Source of the DNA: Flavobacteriales bacterium
GTDB lineage: Bacteria; Bacteroidota; Bacteroidia; Flavobacteriales; UBA7312
Reading direction: 5' to 3'
Length of the DNA: 64,000 nt
Assembly: GCA_029248105.1 (NCBI GenBank)
Contig: JAQWJZ010000003.1
Location: 27,350-91,349, forward strand
In this document: in pieces, positions 19,345-27,888 of the stretch
How the letters are laid out: every line of letters begins with the position of its first letter
Position numbering within the stretch: the stretch's first letter is position 1
The notes under the pieces: generated by a model
The model's database searches: none
The model's input: only the letters and a program-made list of their open reading frames with translations
What the model was told of the DNA's origin: nothing
Translations under genes and position numbers: made by a program

Positions 19345-21834
19345 TTATCTTACTAGTGTAATTGTTCCTGTACAATTTTCACAATTGGTGTGATCGTAAA
19401 TACGATACTCAAAATCTTGATAGCTTAATACATAGGAATAGGTTCCAGTAATTAGAGGATTACCTGTTCTCATATTCGTTCCATCCCATGCCATATCAGG
19501 ATCGTTTGATTGAAATACCATTGAGCCATATCTATCAAAGATAGCTATTGAAAACGTTTCTGTTCTCATAGCATGATGAAAGACTTTAAAGGTGTCGTTA
19601 TTTCCATCTAAGTCTGGTGTAAAACCATTAGGAACAAATAAAGTGTGTTCTTCTTTTATGGCAAGGGTGCCATATATACTGTCTTTACACATGAACTCAT
19701 CTGTAACGACTAATTTTAAGTCATAATATTTAATTCCAGAGCTGTCCAGATCAACGGATAAGTCTAAATTCAAGACATCCTGTGAGTTAGCCGTAAAGCC
19801 GTTACTCAATTCCCATTGCCATTCTACTACATTACCTTCTGAATTATCGTAAATATTGATAATAGGATAATTAGTTGTTACCGTATCATCAAGAACTCTA
19901 TAGTCTGCTATAACAAAAGGAGGTTGAGTAATTTCAAAAGTTAATTCGTTAAAACATTGATTAGCATCTTCTACCATAATTGTATAAAAGCCTTCAGACA
20001 AATCGTATATGTTCTGATCAGTAGAGTAAAAAGAATTTTCTCCTTTCCAAACAAATGAAATTGGTAAAAACTCTTCAGAATAAGGTGGGTTGTCTGGTCC
20101 TCCCCAAGAAGAAACCTCTATAAATCCATCGTTATTATAGGTGCAGCTTTTATGGTTGTAGTTTGCTATGTCCAGAGCTAGCGAGTCCGGTTGGGTAAGA
20201 TCGAATATAATATTATTCGGGCAGCCCTCAGCGTCTTCAACAGTAAATGAATAATTTCCTGATGGAAGATTGTATATATCGGCTTGTCTTGAAATCGTAT
20301 CATTATTTGCTAGGTCAATCCAATAGTAAGAATATGGAAGTAGACCTCCACTAGCCAAACAAGAAACCCAAGCATCGCTACCATCATAACATCTTACGTT
20401 AAAACCATTGTAGTCAGAAACAGTACTGCTTAATGATATCGATGAGTTTTCAGTTAATAAGTATGCTGCAGAATCTTCACAATTATTGTTGTCTGTTACA
20501 TTTATCTGATAGTTTCCCGAAGCTAGGTTATTTATTGTTGTGGTTCCATTGCCAGTAATTGGATTGTCTCCACTCCAACTGTAATTGTATGGTGGTGTTC
20601 CACCGCTAACAGTAGTGCTTATAATACCATCGCTAAATCCAAAGCAACTAACAGGATCAATCGATTCGAATATTTCGATATCTTGAGGAGGCGTTGAGAT
20701 AGTGTAAGGGCCTGACGTATAATTGCAACCCAGGTTATCAGTAATCGTTAAGTTGTAAATATCAGCTTCAAGGTTAAATATATCCTCACTGTCAGAACTG
20801 TAATTGTTATTCACTGACGACCATTCGAAAGTAAATGGAGGTGAACCGTTTGAAGTATTGATTTCAATAGCTCCAAATATTTCGCCAGGGCAAATGTTAT
20901 CATCTATCACAGCATCAACGATTACTGGTGTAGAAACAAATACGGTGACTTCATCTGTATAAACGTCTGGGCATTCCGATGCTGTTACGGTGTATGTTGT
21001 TGTCGTAACAGGAGCAACAGTAATATCTGTTCCTAAACCAATAACAGTACCTGTTTCATCTTCCCAAACAACATTATTGTTATTAGCACCATCAGGAACA
21101 AATCGGAAGGCTTGATTATTTCCTGTCATTTGAGTGTTATTCCAACCATTTTCGATTAAAAATTGACTCTCATCTTCGTTGACAATTCCCAATACTGATT
21201 CGCCATTATTCCAATTGGCACACAAAGGTTGATCTTGAATGTGAATTTCAATAACGTTTGTGGTTTCATAAATCTTTATTTGCCCGTTGAACTGAAATCC
21301 TGCACAATTGAAATATCCAAAATCTTCAAAAGAGGCTACGAATCTTCTAAATGGTGCAACACCATATACATTGTAAAACAGTCCGCCACCATTATTTGGG
21401 TTTAAATCCATCCATGGACCTAAAATTGCATTAATGACTTGTCCTGGAGGTAATGCACTTGGAATAGTATAGGTGTTCCAAGCAGAGTATGCATTTGCAT
21501 TGGTCAAGTCGAATGTTAAATAATTATTAGTTGAAATTAAAAGTTGATCGTAGATATTACCATAGAAACAAAAATTGAAGCCTATGTCAATAACTCCAGA
21601 ATGTACATCATCACCAAGTCCATTAAGATTAGTCCCCGAATTGAGAGGGTCCATGTCTAATGGTATGTTTTCAATAGTGTAATCGCTTGTTCCGATTGAG
21701 TTTGGTGTGTAATCAGCAGACAAGTCAACATCTTGAAGGTCGCATATGATAACATCTGCGCCAGCATCAATCTGTGCTTTTGCTTGATTGCTATATATTA
21801 ATACTAATGTAATTATAAGGGTTAAGTATCTCAT
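19345..21834 (-). CDS. Large secreted adhesin-like protein with SprB-type repeats and a T9SS type-B (gliding-motility-associated) C-terminal domain
   Basis: 829 aa. Signal peptide; repeats with GGTPPYNYSW / GSPPFTFEWS. C-terminus FVPNGFTPDLDGNNDTF...WDGT...GTYSYVL...GTITLVR matches the type-B CTD pattern. Confidence 0.85.
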   Translation of the reverse strand: MRYLTLIITLVLIYSNQAKAQIDAGADVIICDLQDVDLSADYTPNSIGTSDYTIENIPLDMDPLNSGTNLNGLGDDVHSGVIDIGFNFCFYGNIYDQLLISTNNYLTFDLTNANAYSAWNTYTIPSALPPGQVINAILGPWMDLNPNNGGGLFYNVYGVAPFRRFVASFEDFGYFNCAGFQFNGQIKIYETTNVIEIHIQDQPLCANWNNGESVLGIVNEDESQFLIENGWNNTQMTGNNQAFRFVPDGANNNNVVWEDETGTVIGLGTDITVAPVTTTTYTVTASECPDVYTDEVTVFVSTPVIVDAVIDDNICPGEIFGAIEINTSNGSPPFTFEWSSVNNNYSSDSEDIFNLEADIYNLTITDNLGCNYTSGPYTISTPPQDIEIFESIDPVSCFGFSDGIISTTVSGGTPPYNYSWSGDNPITGNGTTTINNLASGNYQINVTDNNNCEDSAAYLLTENSSISLSSTVSDYNGFNVRCYDGSDAWVSCLASGGLLPYSYYWIDLANNDTISRQADIYNLPSGNYSFTVEDAEGCPNNIIFDLTQPDSLALDIANYNHKSCTYNNDGFIEVSSWGGPDNPPYSEEFLPISFVWKGENSFYSTDQNIYDLSEGFYTIMVEDANQCFNELTFEITQPPFVIADYRVLDDTVTTNYPIINIYDNSEGNVVEWQWELSNGFTANSQDVLNLDLSVDLDSSGIKYYDLKLVVTDEFMCKDSIYGTLAIKEEHTLFVPNGFTPDLDGNNDTFKVFHHAMRTETFSIAIFDRYGSMVFQSNDPDMAWDGTNMRTGNPLITGTYSYVLSYQDFEYRIYDHTNCENCTGTITLVR

Positions 21835-21948
21835 AAATGAACAGATTTTACTTGTTAAATGTTCAGTCTATAAAGATACAAATAAAATCAAATATCTGAA
21901 AGTTAATTTATCATTGAACCTTATAGGCTCAAATCAATTATTATTTAG

Positions 21949-24429
21949 TTACCTCGTAATCGTGATGGTTCCAAAACAATTACTACAGTTTGCTCGATCA
22001 TAAATCTGATACTCAAAATCTTGATAACTTAAAATGTAGAAAAAGCTCCTACAGGTAGGGCTCTTGAAGAAAAGCTAGTTCCGTCCCATTCAAAGTCAGG
22101 GCTTGAAGACGTATAAATCATAGAGTCCCAACGGTCATAAATAGCTATTTTGAATGAGCCTTCTAAGATGCCGTGATGCTCAATCTTGAATATATCGTTC
22201 TTTCCGTCAAAGTTTGGTGAAAATCCATTTGGAATAAATAGGGTGTGCTCATCTTTTATTGAAAGTTGGCCATAGGTGCTATCAGTACAGCCAAATTCAT
22301 CAACCACAACAAGTTTTAAATCGTAGTAAATAATACCCAGAGAGTCTAAATCAATATTCGAAAAATCTATTCCATAAATATTCTCTTCGGTCGAAGTTAA
22401 CCCATTACTTAACTCCCAATACCACTCAACAATATTGCCTTCAGAGTCATCAAAAAGATTCATGATAGGATTGTTTTTTGTAACTGGATTGTTTTTAGTT
22501 CTGTATTTTGATTTGACCTCCGGTGGTTGTTGTATTTCAACCGATAGCTCCTCTATGCAATTATTAGCATCTGTAACTATCACTGTGTATATGCCTTCGG
22601 ATAAATTATTGATGTTCTGGTTATTTGAGTGAAAAAATGATTCATGTTTTTTCCACTGAAATGATTTTGGCAAATACAATTCAGACCCTACAGGATGATT
22701 TGGACCACCAACAGTAGATGTTTTTATAAATCCATCGTTATTGTAGGTGCAACTTTTGTGTTTAATGTCAGAGACTTCAATCCTCAATGCCTCAGGCTCC
22801 GTAAATATAAAATCGGTGTTAAGTATACAATCTTTGGAGTCAATGACTTTTAGTAAATATTGACCAGATTTAAAATTTTTGTAATTAGAGTTTTGACTTA
22901 TGGTATCGTTAGATTCAGAATTAATCCAATAGTATTTGTATGGCGAGATCCCTCCTGTAACATTATTTGATACGGAAGCATTACCACCTTTGCATCTAAT
23001 ATTGTATCCGTTGTAGTTAGAAATTTCACTAATCAATTCAATTATACTGTTTTCTGGAACATAGAAAGTTGAAGAAATTTCACAGCCATTATTATCGGTT
23101 AAATTTAGTTGATAATTACCAATACTAAGCTCACTGATTGTATTTCCATTTTCTGTGAATCCATTTTCGCTTACCCAATTGTATTGGTAAGGAGGAGTTC
23201 CGCCACTTACTAAAACTTCGATTAAGCCATCACTAAATCCACTACATCTAGCTCCAATGATACTATCTTGTATAACTAAATCAGGGGGGGGTAGGAGATA
23301 TAATAAACGATTGATTTATTTCACAATCCATACTATCGGTTATAGTTAAGTTATATGTATCTGCGATTAAATTGTTAATGTTTTTTGATGTTGATGTGAA
23401 AGTATTGCTATTATTTGACCATAAATAAGTAAAGGGATGAGTTCCGCCCGTATGCTTTATGTCAATTGCGCCATATATCTCATCGGGACACATATTATCA
23501 TCTATTGTAGGGTTAATGTCAATTGTTGATGAAACAAAAATAGTTACTTCATCTGAATAAGAATCTGGGCATTCAGATACACTAATGGTATATGTAGTTG
23601 TTGTGTCTGGGTTAACTAACATAGTTGCACCATAACCTATGAAGCCTCCTTGATTGTCATACCATTCAATACTATTTTCTCCATCGTTTGGTGTGAACCT
23701 AAAAGCTTGGTTATCTCCTGTCATTGTAGTATTGTTCCAACCATTTTCTATTAGAAACTGCGTTTCATCTTCGTTTATTATACCCAGAACAGATTCCCCA
23801 TTATTCCACGAATCACAAAGAGGTTGATCTTGTATGTGTATTTCAATATTGTTGGTAGATTCAAATAGTTTTATTTGACCATTAAATTGCATATTCGAAC
23901 AAGAAAAGTATCCAAAATCGTTGAACGATACTATGAATCGTCTGAATGGTGCTTTTCCTTCAATGCTATGGCTTATGTTGCCACCATTAGAAGGGTTAAG
24001 GTCTATCCATGGGCCTAAGATGGCATTGACTACCTGGCCTATTGAAGATATACTTGGAATAGGATAGGTGTTCCATGGAGAATAAGCGTTTACATTTTCT
24101 ATGTCAAAAGAAAGGTAATTATTTGTTGAAGCGACTAACTGATTATACACATTGCCATAAAAGCAAAAGTTAAATCCAATATTAATTATGTCTGTATGAG
24201 AATCATCAGATAATAGATTTATAACAACGGGATTAGTCAATGTTTCCATTTCAATGGAAATAGGTTCAATAGTGTAGTCTGATGTTGAAACGGAATTAGG
24301 GGTGTATTCAATGGATAAATTCACATCTTGTGGTTCACAGATTACTATGTCTGGTCCAGCATCAATTTGAGCATAGATGGAGAAAGTTTGAAAAAAAATA
24401 AAGAGGAATATTGATATAAATTGTCGCAT
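21949..24429 (-). pseudogene. Paralogue of the adjacent T9SS type-B cargo gene, split by two single-base homopolymer frameshifts (track ORFs 23281-24429 and 22029-23036 are fragments)
   Basis: Both fragments align colinearly to the 829-aa neighbour. Deleting 1 C from the C8 run (23284-23291) joins 24429..22029 into one frame. Adding 1 T to the T5 run (plus-strand A5, 22040-22044) extends it to ...FFYILSYQDFEYQIYDRANCSNCFGTITITR with TAA at 21951-21949. Confidence 0.85.
23284..23291 (-). repeat. Poly-C(8) tract (G8 on plus strand) at the frameshift point
   Basis: Coding strand reads TCT CCT ACC CCC CCC TGA. This is the longest G/C homopolymer I found in the window; the next longest is G6 at 38473-38478. 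Confidence 0.95.
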
Positions 24430-24543
24430 TTAAAAGTAAGTTTGGCTCTAAACAAAATTACATTTTTATTTTCAAAACGTAAAATTTGATTTTTTTAGAA
24501 TTTATTTAAATAAAATTAAGGGGTTGAATTCTATTTTTATAAT

Positions 24544-24551
24544 TAATTTTG
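24544..24551 (+). promoter_or_regulatory. Bacteroidetes-type -7 box (TAATTTTG) for mdh
   Basis: TAnnTTTG match 15 nt upstream of ATG 24567, with TTG at 24524-24526. The track's TTG start (24549) lies inside this box. Confidence 0.4.
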
Positions 24552-24566
24552 CCAAAAATTTATACT

Positions 24567-25502
24567 ATGAAAGTAACAGTTGTAGGCGCAGGAGCCGTAG
24601 GTGCTAGTTGTGCAGAATATATTGCTATAAAGAATTTTGCATCTGAGGTGGTTTTAGTTGACATTAAAGAAAATTTTGCCGAAGGTAAAGCTATGGACTT
24701 GATGCAAACAGCATCGTTAAATGGTTTCGACACAAAAATAGTTGGCAGTACTAACGATTACTCCAAGACTGCAAATAGTGATATTGCAGTTATTACAAGT
24801 GGTATTCCACGTAAGCCAGGAATGACGCGTGAAGAGCTAATCGGAATTAACGCAGGTATTGTTAAAATGGTTTCTGAAAACCTGATAAAACATTCCCCCA
24901 ATGTTATACTTATTATAGTAAGTAATCCTATGGATACCATGACTTATTTGACACATAAAGTTACCGGACTACCAAAACACAGAATTATTGGTATGGGCGG
25001 AGCTTTAGATAGTGCTCGTTTCAAGTATAGGTTAAGTGAGGCTTTAGAATGTCCTTCTTCGGATGTTGATGGGATGGTTATTGGTGGGCATAGCGATAAA
25101 GGAATGCTCCCATTGACTCGACTAGCGACTAGAAATAGCGTTAGGGTTTCTGAGTTTATCAGTGAGGAAAGATTAAATCAAGTTAAGGAAGATACTAAAG
25201 TAGGAGGCGCTACTTTAACTTCTATGCTAGGTACTTCAGCTTGGTATGCGCCAGGAGCTGCGGTATCGTCTTTAGTTCAATCAATTGCTTGTGATCAGCA
25301 TAAAATGTTCCCTTGTTCTGCATTATTAGAAGGTGAATATGGCATGAGTGACTTGTGCATAGGAGTTCCTGTAATTTTAGGTAAAAATGGTATCGAAAAG
25401 ATCGTAGAAATTGACCTTAATGATGAAGAAAAAAACAAACTTGCTGAATCAGCAGAAGGTGTTAAGGCAACTAACGGTTTGCTTAATGAAGTGAACGCTT
25501 AA
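24567..25502 (+). CDS. mdh: Malate dehydrogenase (LDH-like family)
   Basis: MKVTVVGAGAVGAS Rossmann N-terminus, catalytic region IGGHSD. 311 aa from ATG 24567. Confidence 0.95.
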   Translation: MKVTVVGAGAVGASCAEYIAIKNFASEVVLVDIKENFAEGKAMDLMQTASLNGFDTKIVGSTNDYSKTANSDIAVITSGIPRKPGMTREELIGINAGIVKMVSENLIKHSPNVILIIVSNPMDTMTYLTHKVTGLPKHRIIGMGGALDSARFKYRLSEALECPSSDVDGMVIGGHSDKGMLPLTRLATRNSVRVSEFISEERLNQVKEDTKVGGATLTSMLGTSAWYAPGAAVSSLVQSIACDQHKMFPCSALLEGEYGMSDLCIGVPVILGKNGIEKIVEIDLNDEEKNKLAESAEGVKATNGLLNEVNA

Positions 25503-25529
25503 TACTTTTCAATAATAAAAATCATAAAT

Positions 25530-25556
25530 AAAAGAGAGCGATTGCTCTCTTTTTTA
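25530..25556. terminator. Bidirectional rho-independent terminator
   Basis: GAGAGC gatt GCTCTC stem flanked by A- and T-runs, between convergent mdh and the FG-GAP gene. Confidence 0.7.
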
Positions 25557-27737
25557 TTTTTTGATAATTTTTTTCCACTCTGATAACTTATCTTGTTGAA
25601 TATGAACAAAATAAGAGCTTGTTGGCAGGTGTCCAAGGCTGATGGATGAGGGCTGATATATTTTTTCTTTTTGAACTAAACGCCCCAATACGGAGTAAAT
25701 GGATAAAATAGTTTCTTTATCAGTGTCAATATTTATATAATCGTTGAATGGATTAGGAAAAATATCAACTGCAGATTTGTAAATGTTGTTCTTGATGCCA
25801 GTTCCAACACTATCATTTTTAAAGTAAAATAACCCACCTGTCTCCATTCCTAAAAATAAGTCTCTTTTATTGTCAGCTGTAAAATCTTCAAAAAGAACAG
25901 CTGTATTTTTACCGTCATTTATCCATTGAAAATTATTTGAAATGAGTTCAAAATTGGAAGAAAGGTTGTTGTTAACACTTTGGTAATGGTAAATTAGTCC
26001 GCTTTCACTACCAATAAGAATATTGATTTCATTGTCTTTCTCAAAAACATAGGGAGTGCTAAACCCATACAAGCTCTCGTCGTTATTAACTGATATTCCG
26101 CCAAAGTCATCAATTAATGAGTTAAATATTGGACTATAGGGTGTTCCAGTATTTTCAGCATAACTTAATGTGCCATCTACTTGACCAATAATTAAGTCAA
26201 ATAGATTGTCATTATTCATGTCGTATAAAAAAGGGGTAGCATGTTGGCCTATATCTATGGAAAAGAAGCTAACGTTTTCAAGTTCAAATAATGCATCTTG
26301 TCCATCGTCTGCATTATTTTGAAAGTAGTGCAGTTTTCCGTTATTATCACCCAATATCATATCTACATCTCCATCGTTATCTAAATCTGCAAGGGTAGGG
26401 TAAAGTCCGTTAACTGTTTCGTTTAGAATTGTATCTAGTGCTATTGATGAAAGGCCACCATAATCTCTGTTAATCACTTCAAAGTTAGGTTCTGTTTGAC
26501 TTCCTATATTTCTTAATAACGCAAGCTGAGATGAAGGGTTGCTATTGTTGAAATATCCGTAATTACCAATGAGTAAGTCTTTTAATCCATCGTTATTATA
26601 GTCTATTACAGCAGGGTAAGCGCCTGACCCAAAGTCCAAGGTGTTGTCTTGCAGAAAATCTTTTTGACTGAATTCAAATGTTGGATTGTTATCTGCGCCA
26701 GTATTTAGGAATACCATGATGCTCTCAAAGTTTTCAGCGTTATTATTTATGTTAGGGCTAACAACTAAATCCCTGATATTATCATTATTAATGTCAAGGT
26801 AAAATGCAGCAGGAAATGAGTTTATTTCAGCACTAATATCACTTCCGTTTCCGATGGGAAAATCTTGATTTACAGAAACCATATTTGCACTTTGAGAATC
26901 ACCGCCGTTGGTTAACATATTTAAATTGTTAAACGATACATCACCCAGAATAAAATCCATGTCGTTATCGCCATCTATGTCAAGAGCAAGTGTTGATGAG
27001 CCGCTATGAGCTCCAGAAGATCGAATTTGAGGCTGATTAATTATAGCATCTTCTTCACAACTGTTGAAATCATAAGTGTTTAATCCTTCAAAAAATTCTC
27101 CCCAACAATCTGTCTTTAATTCAAAAACTAAGCTGTCGCAATTGCCATAAAGCTCTTGGCTTTGATTCTGATGATATTCAACATAACCACCACTTTGTTT
27201 GAACGTTAACACATCGACATCCCCATCTCCATCTACATCTACAAAAGAGGGGATATCTACTTCTGAAATTATTATAGCACTTAGTATAGGGCCTAAATCG
27301 CTTATTAAGGCAGTCGTTTCGATTTGAAAATTTATATTTTCTCCTTGTGAAGTGTTTTTGTAGACTTTAACGTAACTGTCGTTGTAGGTAAAGATATCTT
27401 CTTTTCCATCGCAGTTGTAATCAATTAATAAAGCCCATTTCTTTAGCTCAGGAAAATCATGGCTATATTCTACAGAATAGTCAAAATCTGTTCCTACCCC
27501 GTCATTAGCATTCAAAAAACATAATACTCTATCACCGATTCTTTCAAATACAAAAATATCTTTTTTGCCATCGTTATTGAGGTCTATATTAGATAGTTGA
27601 CATGAATTGAGTCCGCCTGTAAGGGGATTTTTTATTAGGCTTCCGTTTTCAATAATTGAAATGTCTGATCTATTGAGGAACTGACTAAATAGCGCCAATG
27701 GAGCTATAAGAAGAAATAGAATAAGGGCATTTTTCAT
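25554..27737 (-). CDS. FG-GAP/VCBS-repeat protein with a T9SS type-A C-terminal sorting domain
   Basis: 727 aa. Signal peptide; repeated D-x-D/N-x-D-G-x-x-D calcium-type FG-GAP motifs (DLNNDGKKDIF, DVDGDGDVDVL, DLDNDGDVDMI). C-terminus is DIFPNPFNDYINI...YFVHIQ...KKIIKK. Confidence 0.8.
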   Translation of the reverse strand: MKNALILFLLIAPLALFSQFLNRSDISIIENGSLIKNPLTGGLNSCQLSNIDLNNDGKKDIFVFERIGDRVLCFLNANDGVGTDFDYSVEYSHDFPELKKWALLIDYNCDGKEDIFTYNDSYVKVYKNTSQGENINFQIETTALISDLGPILSAIIISEVDIPSFVDVDGDGDVDVLTFKQSGGYVEYHQNQSQELYGNCDSLVFELKTDCWGEFFEGLNTYDFNSCEEDAIINQPQIRSSGAHSGSSTLALDIDGDNDMDFILGDVSFNNLNMLTNGGDSQSANMVSVNQDFPIGNGSDISAEINSFPAAFYLDINNDNIRDLVVSPNINNNAENFESIMVFLNTGADNNPTFEFSQKDFLQDNTLDFGSGAYPAVIDYNNDGLKDLLIGNYGYFNNSNPSSQLALLRNIGSQTEPNFEVINRDYGGLSSIALDTILNETVNGLYPTLADLDNDGDVDMILGDNNGKLHYFQNNADDGQDALFELENVSFFSIDIGQHATPFLYDMNNDNLFDLIIGQVDGTLSYAENTGTPYSPIFNSLIDDFGGISVNNDESLYGFSTPYVFEKDNEINILIGSESGLIYHYQSVNNNLSSNFELISNNFQWINDGKNTAVLFEDFTADNKRDLFLGMETGGLFYFKNDSVGTGIKNNIYKSAVDIFPNPFNDYINIDTDKETILSIYSVLGRLVQKEKIYQPSSISLGHLPTSSYFVHIQQDKLSEWKKIIKK

Positions 27738-27859
27738 ACATGCAAATTTACGATTAAAATTCTATGTGTGTGATAGTATTTGGGAATAGAATAATAGACC
27801 ATTCTAAACCTAATAATTTAGTTATCCTCATTTCAATTGCTATTTCAAAATTGAAATTC

Positions 27860-27867
27860 TATATTTG
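27860..27867 (+). promoter_or_regulatory. Bacteroidetes-type -7 box (TATATTTG) with -33 TTG (27837-27839) for secDF
   Basis: TTG, 20-nt spacer, then TAnnTTTG. Lies 21 nt upstream of the ATG at 27889. Confidence 0.45.
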
Positions 27868-27888
27868 CCCGTTCTAAATTAAAATATT

